This document shows, in pieces, positions 34,844-42,172 of a stretch of 64,000 nt of DNA. This stretch comes from Miltoncostaeaceae bacterium (GTDB taxonomy: Bacteria > Actinomycetota > Thermoleophilia > Miltoncostaeales > Miltoncostaeaceae). Made by a program: the position numbers and the translations under genes. Location: NCBI GenBank assembly GCA_963813355.1, contig CAWEYS010000008.1, forward strand, positions 21,629 to 85,628, read 5' to 3'. Position 1 is the first letter of the stretch; every line of letters begins with the position of its first letter. Under the pieces are notes generated by a model. It was not told the DNA's origin, did not search any database, and worked only from the letters and a program-made list of their open reading frames with translations.

Positions 34844-35818
34844 GTGACGCCATACCACGCGATCGAGGTCGAGGGCCTCGTCAAGCGCTACGGCGACAAG
34901 ACCGCGCTCGGCGGGGTCGACTTCGACGTCCTGCGCGGCACCGTGTGCGGCCTGCTCGGCCCGAACGGAGCCGGGAAGACCACCGCGGTGCGCATCCTGA
35001 CCACCCTCGCCCGGGCCGATGCCGGCACGGCGCGCGTGGCCGGCCTCGACGTCGGCCTCGAGCCCATGTCGGTGCGGCGCCTGCTCGGCCTGGCCGCGCA
35101 GGAGGCGACGGTGGACGGCCTGCTGACCGGGCGCGAGAACCTCGTGATGATCGGCGAGCTCCACCACCTGGGGCGCCGGGTCGCGCGGGCCCGCGCCGAC
35201 GAGCTGCTGGAGCAGTTCGACCTCGCCGACGCCGGAGGCCGCCTCGCGAAGACCTACTCCGGAGGCATGCGCCGACGCCTCGACCTGGCCGCGACGCTGG
35301 TGGCGCGGCCCGAGATCCTCTTCCTCGACGAGCCCACGACCGGGCTCGACCCGCGGGCCCGCACCGAGCTGTGGGACGTGCTCGAGTCGCTCGTGGACGA
35401 GGGGGTGACCATCCTGCTGACCACCCAGTACCTCGAGGAGGCCGACCGCCTCGCCGACGACATCGTCGTCGTCGACCACGGCCAGGTGATCGCCCGCGGC
35501 GACTCCCGCGCGCTGAAGCGGCGGGTCGGCGGCGCGCAGGTCTTCGCGACCGTCGCCGATCCGGCCGACCTCGACGCCGTCGCCCGCCACGTCGCGCGCG
35601 TCGCGGCGGCGGAGCCCGGGGTCGACCCCGAGGCGCGCCTCGTCCAGGCGCCCAGCGACGACGGCCCGGGCATCGTCGCCCGCCTCGCCGACGCGCTGGC
35701 CGACGACGGGATCGAGGTCGACGACCTCGGGCTGCGCCAGCCGACCCTGGACGACGTCTTCCTCACGCTCACCGGCGAGCGCATCGCCGACGAGCCGGTT
35801 CTGGAGATGGCCTCGTGA
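34844..35818 (+). CDS. ABC transporter ATP-binding protein (DrrA/ABC-2 type)
   Basis: GPNGAGKTT, YSGGMRRRLDLA and ILFLDEPTTGLD. GTG 34844 follows GGAG. Confidence 0.9.
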   Translation: MTPYHAIEVEGLVKRYGDKTALGGVDFDVLRGTVCGLLGPNGAGKTTAVRILTTLARADAGTARVAGLDVGLEPMSVRRLLGLAAQEATVDGLLTGRENLVMIGELHHLGRRVARARADELLEQFDLADAGGRLAKTYSGGMRRRLDLAATLVARPEILFLDEPTTGLDPRARTELWDVLESLVDEGVTILLTTQYLEEADRLADDIVVVDHGQVIARGDSRALKRRVGGAQVFATVADPADLDAVARHVARVAAAEPGVDPEARLVQAPSDDGPGIVARLADALADDGIEVDDLGLRQPTLDDVFLTLTGERIADEPVLEMAS

Positions 35819-36642
35819 GCGTCGCGATCGCACCGCCCCCGGCCCGCCGGGGCAACGTCATCGGCGACGCGTGGGTGGTCGCCCGGCGCGGCCTCCTGCA
35901 CATGCGGCGCCAGCCCGAGGCGCTCGCGGACGTCACCCTGCAGCCCGTGATGTTCGTGCTGCTGTTCGCCTACGTGTTCGGCGGCGCGATCCAGGTCTCG
36001 GGCGGCGGCTACCGGGAGTTCCTGATGGGCGGGATCTTCGCCCAGACGATCGTCTTCGGGGCCTTCGGGGTCGCGATCGCCCTCGCCTACGATCGCTCGA
36101 ACGGCGCCATCGACCGCTTCCGCTCGCTGCCCATGGCGCGCGGGGCCGTGCTCGGCGGGCACGCGGTGGCGAGCCTGATCAGGGGCCTGCTCCCGATCGT
36201 GCTCATGTCGCTCTGCGGCCTCATCGTCGGCTGGCGGATCCACACCTCGGTGGCCGATGCCGTGGGTGGCTACGCCCTGATGATCGCGTTCTCGTTCGCC
36301 GTGATCTGGCTCGGGGTGCTGCTCGGCAGCCTGCTGCCCTCCGCCGAAGCCGTGCAGGGCGTCGCGTTCGTCGTGATCTTCCCGGTCACCTTCATCGCCA
36401 GCACCTTCGTGCCGGTCGGCACCCTGCCGGGGGTCCTGCGCACGATCGCCGAGTGGAACCCGGTGACGGCGATGTCCGAGGCGCTGCGCCAGCTGTTCGG
36501 CAACCCGCGCGGGGACTTCGGCGCCGATCCGCCCTGGCCGCTGGAGCACCCGGTGGCGTACAGCCTGATCTGGATCGCCGCGATGGTCGCCGTCTGCGCG
36601 CCGCTGGCCATCCGCGCCTACCAGCGGACCGTGAGCGAGTGA
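35815..36642 (+). CDS. ABC-2 type transporter permease
   Basis: The GTG overlaps the ATPase stop (GTGA). It has six hydrophobic spans and the N-terminus RRGLLHMRRQPEALADVTLQPVMFVLLF typical of ABC-2 permeases. Confidence 0.85.
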   Translation: MSVAIAPPPARRGNVIGDAWVVARRGLLHMRRQPEALADVTLQPVMFVLLFAYVFGGAIQVSGGGYREFLMGGIFAQTIVFGAFGVAIALAYDRSNGAIDRFRSLPMARGAVLGGHAVASLIRGLLPIVLMSLCGLIVGWRIHTSVADAVGGYALMIAFSFAVIWLGVLLGSLLPSAEAVQGVAFVVIFPVTFIASTFVPVGTLPGVLRTIAEWNPVTAMSEALRQLFGNPRGDFGADPPWPLEHPVAYSLIWIAAMVAVCAPLAIRAYQRTVSE

Positions 36643-36661
36643 CGGGAGCCCGGCGCGCCTC

Positions 36662-37207
36662 TCAGTCGTCGCGGGAGAGGCGCTCCGAGACCTCGCGCAG
36701 GGCGTCCCAGCGCGGGTCGGTCTCGACCACGACGCAGCCGCAGTCGCCCGCGTTGCGGTTCGCGCCGCACGTCGGGCAGAGCCCGGCGCAGTCCTCGCGG
36801 CAGAGGATCGTGGCCGGCACCGCCTCGGCGATCGCGTCCCGCGCCCAGCCGGCGACGTCGAGCCGCAGGTCCTGCACGTAGGCCGAGTCGAGGTCCTCGT
36901 CGAAGGGCGCGTCGGCCGGTCGGCCCTCGGCGGCGAACTCCTCGCTCTCCACCGCCAGGCGGACGCGGGCCTCCTCGAGGCAGCGCCAGCACGGCCCCAC
37001 CAGCTCGACCTCCGTGCGCAGGCTCAGGTGGACGCCCGACAGGGAGCGCCCGATCCGCAGCTCGACCTCGGGCTCGGGGGGCTCCACGCGGTAGTCCTGG
37101 CCCCCGAGGCGCAGATCCACCGCGGGGACGCGGACCGCCATCCGCGTCTCGGAGCCCGGAGCGAGGTCGAGAGCGCGGAGGTCGATCGTCTCGACGGCCT
37201 CCGCCAC
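36662..37207 (-). CDS. yceD: YceD/DUF177 family protein (23S rRNA accumulation protein)
   Basis: C-terminal CREDCAGLCPTCGANRNAGDCGC Cys cluster typical of DUF177. Confidence 0.85.
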   Translation of the reverse strand: MAEAVETIDLRALDLAPGSETRMAVRVPAVDLRLGGQDYRVEPPEPEVELRIGRSLSGVHLSLRTEVELVGPCWRCLEEARVRLAVESEEFAAEGRPADAPFDEDLDSAYVQDLRLDVAGWARDAIAEAVPATILCREDCAGLCPTCGANRNAGDCGCVVVETDPRWDALREVSERLSRDD

Positions 37208-37212
37208 TGTCG

Positions 37213-37707
37213 CTAGACAGCCGGCTCCTGCGGGAGGGCGTCGGGCTCGAGCGCCCGGTCCTCGGAGGGCCCCTGGAGCCGCTCGCGGCCGCGCTGCACC
37301 GCCTGCAGGAACTTGCCCAGGTTGACCTCGAGGGTCCCGAGCACCTCGTCGGCGTAGTCCTCCGCGCCCAGCCGCACCTCGCGCTCGCGCTGGCGCGCCT
37401 CCTCGAGGATCTCGGCCGCCTCGCGCTCGGCCCGCTTGACGACCTCCTGCTCGGACGCCTCCTGGGCCGCCTTGTCGCGCGCGTCGGCGACGATGCGCTC
37501 GGCCTCGCGCTTGGCCTCGGCGAGCATCTCCTGGCGCTCCTTGACGATCCAGCGCGCCTGCTTGACCTCCTCCGGGATGGTTGACCGCATCTGGTCGAGC
37601 AGCTCGTAGATGGCGTCGCGGTCGATGCGCACCTGGTCGGTCAGCGGCACCGCCCGGGCGTTGTGGATCAGGTCGTCCAGCTTGTCGATGAGCTCCAGTA
37701 CGTCCAA
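37213..37707 (-). CDS. coiled-coil protein of unknown function
   Basis: 164 aa. TTG start follows AGGAGGG. The sequence is charged and helical (EVKQARWIVKERQEMLAEAKREAERIVADARDKAAQEA), and the gene lies between coaD and yceD. Confidence 0.6.
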   Translation of the reverse strand: MDVLELIDKLDDLIHNARAVPLTDQVRIDRDAIYELLDQMRSTIPEEVKQARWIVKERQEMLAEAKREAERIVADARDKAAQEASEQEVVKRAEREAAEILEEARQREREVRLGAEDYADEVLGTLEVNLGKFLQAVQRGRERLQGPSEDRALEPDALPQEPAV

Positions 37708-37716
37708 CGCACCCTC

Positions 37717-38232
37717 CTAAGGGACCGAGCCAGAACCCGGGCGATGCCGCGCCCGCAGCGCCTGCGCGACGTGGGCGGGGACCCAGTCATCGACCGCGCC
37801 CCCCCAAGCCGCCACCTCCCGGACCCCGCTCGAGCTGATGAAGCTGTACTGCGGCGACGCCGGCAGGTAGACGGTTTCGATCTCGGCCGCCAAATGCCTG
37901 TTCAGCTGAGCCATCTGGAACTCGTAGTCGAAGTCCGAGATCGCTCTCAGCCCTTTTACCAGAACCGAGGCCCCGAGGGCGCGAGCGTGCTCGGTGATCA
38001 GGGTATTGAAGCCCTCCACCCGCACGTTGTCGAGATGGGACACGCTCTGCTCCACCATGGCGATCCGCTCCTCGGCGTCGAAGAGCGGTTCCTTCTTCAC
38101 CGATCCGGTGGTCACCGAGACCACCAGCTCGTCGAACAGGCTGGCCGCGCGCTCGATGACGTTGACGTGCCCGTTGGTGACCGGGTCGTAGGTCCCGGGG
38201 CAGACGGCGATGCGGTATCCGTTGACTCTCAT
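37717..38232 (-). CDS. coaD: pantetheine-phosphate adenylyltransferase
   Basis: IAVCPGTYDPVTNGHVNVIERA (T/HxGH motif) and ISSSGVREV. GC3 is noticeably lower than in neighbouring genes. Confidence 0.9.
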   Translation of the reverse strand: MRVNGYRIAVCPGTYDPVTNGHVNVIERAASLFDELVVSVTTGSVKKEPLFDAEERIAMVEQSVSHLDNVRVEGFNTLITEHARALGASVLVKGLRAISDFDYEFQMAQLNRHLAAEIETVYLPASPQYSFISSSGVREVAAWGGAVDDWVPAHVAQALRARHRPGSGSVP

Positions 38233-38786
38233 CGGCCCTCCAGCCGCAGGACGCTGACGGCCGTGTCGCCGTAGGTCCGCTCGATTCGCGAGGCGATCGG
38301 AAGGCCCTTCGGGACGGGGTCGGGACCCGCGGACGGGTGCTCGATCACCACGGTCCCGCCCGCCGACATCAGGGGCGAAAGCGCCATGCCGAGGCTCCCC
38401 GCGATGCGGGGCAGGAGGCTATAAGGGGGGTCGCAGAGGCACAAGCCGTAGCGCCGGCCCGCCGCGCGCTCGGCCGCGAGCGCGGCGCGCCAGTCGCGCC
38501 GCACCACCCGCGCCCGGCCCTCGAGCCCCAGGGCGGCCGCGTTGGCGCGGATGGCCGCGACGGCGCGGGGCGAGCGGTCCACGAACGTCGCGGTGGCGGC
38601 GCCGCGCGACAGGGCCTCGAGCCCGAGCGCGCCCGAGCCGGCGAAGAGGTCGAGGACGTCGAGGCCCTCCACCGACCCCAGGATCGCGAAGACGGCCTCG
38701 CGCACCCGGTCGGGCGTCGGTCGCGTGGCCCGGCCCGGCGGGGCGGCGATGCGGCGGCCGCGATGGGTGCCGGCGACGATCCTCAT
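38229..38786 (-). CDS. rsmD: 16S rRNA (guanine966-N2)-methyltransferase RsmD
   Basis: MRIVAGTHRGRRI..., DLFAGSGALGLEALSRGA and CDPPY. ATG 38786 is the preferred start. The stop overlaps the coaD ATG (ATGA). Confidence 0.85.
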   Translation of the reverse strand: MRIVAGTHRGRRIAAPPGRATRPTPDRVREAVFAILGSVEGLDVLDLFAGSGALGLEALSRGAATATFVDRSPRAVAAIRANAAALGLEGRARVVRRDWRAALAAERAAGRRYGLCLCDPPYSLLPRIAGSLGMALSPLMSAGGTVVIEHPSAGPDPVPKGLPIASRIERTYGDTAVSVLRLEGR

Positions 38787-38859
38787 GTTGGGGGCCTGCC
38801 CAGAAGTCGGTCGCACACCTGCCGGCGGCAAACCGGCGCGCTTCGGCGTCCGCGTCAAC

Positions 38860-38880
38860 GCCGATGCCCCTGGCATCGGC
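38860..38880. other. perfect 9-bp inverted repeat (hairpin) in the recG-rsmD spacer
   Basis: GCCGATGCC-cct-GGCATCGGC. No U-tract follows on the minus strand. Confidence 0.5.
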
Positions 38881-38951
38881 GAGGGCCGCGTCCATCCGAA
38901 TCGCTTGGTTTTCGCTCGGCATCTGCACGACCTTGGTTCTTGGACAGCCCC

Positions 38952-41150
38952 TCACGCGTCCAGCAGCCGCGGGAGCGCGTCGAACCGCGCGAGCACGGCA
39001 TCGCGGAGGAGGGAGTGCTCGGGCCGCTCGAGGCGGGGGTCGCGCGCGAGGGTCCGCCGCGCGATGTGGCGCGCCTCGGCGAGCTCGCGACGGTCGCGGC
39101 CGAGGCGGGCCACCCGCAGGTCGGTCGCCCCGGCCTGGCGCACCCCGAGGATGCTCCCCTCGCCGCGGATCTCGAGGTCGAGCTCGGCCAGGCGGAAGCC
39201 GTTGACCGTCTGGGTGAGCGCCTCCAGCCGGCGCGCGCCCTCCTCGGTCGCGGGCTCGCCGAACAGCAGGCACAGCCCCTGGTCCGTGCCGCGCCCGACC
39301 CGGCCCCGCAGCTGGTGGAGCTGGGCCAGGCCGAAGCGGTCCGCGCCCTCCACGACGATCGTCGTCGCGTTCGGGACGTCGATGCCCACCTCGACGACGG
39401 TCGTCGCGACGAGGAGATCGGTGCGGCCCGACGCGAAGTCCTCCATCGCGGCGCGCTTCTCGTCACCGCGCTGGGCGCCGTGGGCGAGGCCCACCGTGAA
39501 GTCGGCGAACGGGCCGGCCCTCAGGCGCTCGGCCTCGCTGGTCGCGGCGCGCGCCTCGGCCGCCTCGCCCTCCTCGACCAGAGGGCATATGACATACGCT
39601 TGATGCCCAGAACGCAACTGGGCACGCACGAGCTCGTAGGCCTGCTCGCGGTCGGCCTCGCGCACCCAGCGCGTCTCGACCGGCGCCCGGCCAGGGGGGC
39701 GGGCCCGGATCGTCGAGACCGTGAGGTCGCCGTAGGCCGTCAGGGCGAGGGTGCGCGGGATCGGCGTGGCGGTCATGTAGAGGAGGTGGGCGGCGCCCCC
39801 CGGCCCGGCCGCCGCGGCCGCCCGCTCGGAGAGCGCCTGGCGCTGCTCGACGCCGAAGCGGTGCTGCTCGTCGACCACGGCGAGGCCCAGACGGTGGAAG
39901 GCGACGCCCTCGGACAGGAGCGCCTGCGTGCCGACGGCCACCGCAGCCGTGCCCGTGGAGAGCGCCATCAGCCGCCGCTCGCGCTCGGCGCGCGGGACGC
40001 GCCCGGTGAGCAGGAGCGGCGTCAGCCCCGCCGGGGCCAGCAGCCCGTCGAGGGTCCTCAGGTGCTGCTCGGCGAGGGTCTCCGTGGGTACCAGCAGGGC
40101 CGCCTGCGCCCCGGCCTCGACCGCCTGGCAGATGGCGAGGGCCGCGACGACGGTCTTGCCGGACCCGACCTCGCCCTGCAGCAGGCGCCGCATGGGGCGC
40201 GGGCGCGCGAGGTCGCGGCCGATCTCGCGGACCGCGCGCCGCTGCTCGCCGGTCAGGTCGAACGGCAGGGACTCCAGGAGCGCGCCGGACGACTCCCCGG
40301 TCCCCCGCAGGGGCGGCGCCGCCCGCGTGCGCTCCTCGCGCCGGCGCACGGCCAGCAGCCCGAGCTGGAGCACGATCAGCTCCTCCAGCACCAGGCGGCG
40401 GCGGCCGAGGCGCGCCTCGGGGCGCGAGCGCGGGAAGTGCGCCGCCACGAGCGCGTCGGCGGCGCCGGCGATCCACAGGCGCTCGCGGATCCACGCCGGC
40501 AGGCGCTCCGGCGCCGCGCGCGCGAGGGGCCGCGCGAGGTCGACCAGCTCGCGGATGCGGCGGGGCGGGAGCTGCTCCGTGGCCGGGTAGACCGGCACCA
40601 GCCCCTGGGTGTGGACCCCCTCCGACGCCGGGCCCCCGAGCACCTCGTGCGAGCGCACGGCCATCTCGCGGCGCCCGTCCTCCGAGACGCGGCCGCGCAG
40701 CAGGAGCTCGTCGCCGGGGTGAAGGATCCGGGCCAGGTGCTGCTGGTTGAACCAGAGCGCGGCCATCCGCCCCGTGTCGTCGTGGACGCGCGCGCGCACG
40801 ATGCGGAGGTTGCGCCGGCGCGTGCGCTGGACGGCGATCGCGTCGAGGCGGACGCGCACGGTCGCCTCCTCCCCCGCGACGAGGCCGGCCACGGGGCGGG
40901 CGCCCTCATCGAAGTCCTCGTAGCGCGCCGGCAGGTGCTCGAGGAGGTCGCCGACGGTGCGGATCCCGAGCGCCCGGGCGCGGTCCGCCGTGGTGCGCCC
41001 GACGCCCGGAAGGTCGGTCAGCCGCGCGATCCAGGCCTCGGGCCCCGGCCGTCGCGGCGGCGGCGGCGCGGGCCATCCGTCCGAGCGTCCGGACCCCAAC
41101 GGCGGGAGCGGCGGGGACGCCGGATCCGTCGCGGTTGCGCGCGCGGCCAT
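38952..41150 (-). CDS. recG: ATP-dependent DNA helicase RecG
   Basis: Wedge/OB N-terminus, GEVGSGKTVVA, VVDEQHRFGV, LYMTATPIPRTLA, QLHQLRGRVGRG. The start is ATG 41150 or the listed 41207. Confidence 0.9.
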   Translation of the reverse strand: MAARATATDPASPPLPPLGSGRSDGWPAPPPPRRPGPEAWIARLTDLPGVGRTTADRARALGIRTVGDLLEHLPARYEDFDEGARPVAGLVAGEEATVRVRLDAIAVQRTRRRNLRIVRARVHDDTGRMAALWFNQQHLARILHPGDELLLRGRVSEDGRREMAVRSHEVLGGPASEGVHTQGLVPVYPATEQLPPRRIRELVDLARPLARAAPERLPAWIRERLWIAGAADALVAAHFPRSRPEARLGRRRLVLEELIVLQLGLLAVRRREERTRAAPPLRGTGESSGALLESLPFDLTGEQRRAVREIGRDLARPRPMRRLLQGEVGSGKTVVAALAICQAVEAGAQAALLVPTETLAEQHLRTLDGLLAPAGLTPLLLTGRVPRAERERRLMALSTGTAAVAVGTQALLSEGVAFHRLGLAVVDEQHRFGVEQRQALSERAAAAAGPGGAAHLLYMTATPIPRTLALTAYGDLTVSTIRARPPGRAPVETRWVREADREQAYELVRAQLRSGHQAYVICPLVEEGEAAEARAATSEAERLRAGPFADFTVGLAHGAQRGDEKRAAMEDFASGRTDLLVATTVVEVGIDVPNATTIVVEGADRFGLAQLHQLRGRVGRGTDQGLCLLFGEPATEEGARRLEALTQTVNGFRLAELDLEIRGEGSILGVRQAGATDLRVARLGRDRRELAEARHIARRTLARDPRLERPEHSLLRDAVLARFDALPRLLDA

Positions 41151-41230
41151 CGAACGAGCATAATCCGGGGTCGCTCGGACGCCCCCCGGCGTCCCATCCG
41201 GCATCACGAGGCGAGGCGAGGTACGGCGAC

Positions 41231-41422
41231 ATGGCGAAGGTCTGCAGCGTCTGCGGCAGGGCCCCCGCGTTCGGGAACAACCGCAGCCACTCGATGCGCG
41301 CCACCCCGCGCCGCTTCAACGTGAACGTGCAGAAGGTGCGGATCCTGAAGGGATCGACGCCGGTGCGCGCCTACGTGTGCACCCGCTGCCTCAAGTCCGG
41401 CAAGGTGGTCAAGGCGGTCTAG
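41231..41422 (+). CDS. rpmB: 50S ribosomal protein L28
   Basis: MAKVCSVCGRAPAFGNNRSHSMRATPRRFNVNVQKV. Confidence 0.9.
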   Translation: MAKVCSVCGRAPAFGNNRSHSMRATPRRFNVNVQKVRILKGSTPVRAYVCTRCLKSGKVVKAV

Positions 41423-41426
41423 ACCG

Positions 41427-42125
41427 CTAGCGGGCGGTCTGGAACACGTTCACGGTCGCGGTGATCCTCGGGGTCGCCCGGGCCGAGAACGTCTTCCGGT
41501 GGTCGAACTGGACCTGCCAGAGCCCGACGTCGGGGTCCCGCACCGGGATCTGGTCGCGCCGCGCCGTCAGCAGGCCGCAGGGGTTGCTCGCCCGGCCCAT
41601 CCTGACGTTCGCGCGCACGCGGCCGCCATAGCGGTAGTGGGCGTAGACGGCCCGGTCCGGCTCGAATCCCGAGAACGTGAAGGTCACGGTGTTCGAGGGC
41701 CTGGTCCGTTTGGGCGTGGCGCTGAAGGCCAGCGCGGCGGTCCGGATCCGCAACGGATTGCTCGACCCCAGGCCGGGGTCGGCGGCGACGATGTCCAGGG
41801 GGCGCGACCTGGGCACGCGGTCCCTGAGCAGGTCGAGGACGCTGAGCTGCGCGGCGAACGCGCCCGTCGCGTCGGCGAACGCGGTCTCCTGGCGGCCGCC
41901 CCGGGAGATGGACACCGGACCGTTCGGCGAGAACCCCGACCCGCTGATGTTGAGCGGCGGCGAGACGAGCGTCCCGCCCGGCTCCTGCGACGGGCGCAGG
42001 CAGACGGCGTCGGTGGCGATGACGGGCGCGGCGCTCGCGAGCGCGGGCGCCCCGGCCAGTGCCGCGGCCGCGGCGACGCCGAGCGCCCGGCGGCGCCGGC
42101 GCGTGGTCGGTCGGGCGGGGTCCAT
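41427..42125 (-). CDS. secreted protein of unknown function with a twin-arginine-type signal peptide
   Basis: TRRRRRALGVAAAAALAGAPALASA is followed by a beta-rich sequence. ATG 42125 is the preferred start. Confidence 0.6.
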   Translation of the reverse strand: MDPARPTTRRRRRALGVAAAAALAGAPALASAAPVIATDAVCLRPSQEPGGTLVSPPLNISGSGFSPNGPVSISRGGRQETAFADATGAFAAQLSVLDLLRDRVPRSRPLDIVAADPGLGSSNPLRIRTAALAFSATPKRTRPSNTVTFTFSGFEPDRAVYAHYRYGGRVRANVRMGRASNPCGLLTARRDQIPVRDPDVGLWQVQFDHRKTFSARATPRITATVNVFQTAR

Positions 42126-42172
42126 GCGGGGTCCTCTCCTCGGGTCGCTCGGCGTCCACCCCACCCGGCAGG

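Noticed and set aside
33000-36661. The nitrilase/TetR/ABC insertion as a mobile element or genomic island.
   Set aside because: There is no integrase, transposase or recombinase ORF, and I could not see flanking direct or inverted repeats. Composition and codon usage are indistinguishable from the surroundings.
38787-38951. Small ORF MPSENQAIRMDAALADARGIGVDADAEARRF... and an N-terminal extension of rsmD (MPGASALTRTPKRAG...).
   Set aside because: Both have only intermediate GC3. Both run into rsmD, and the first never terminates before overlapping it out of frame. RsmD homologues start at MRI(V/I)xGxxxG, which corresponds to ATG 38786.
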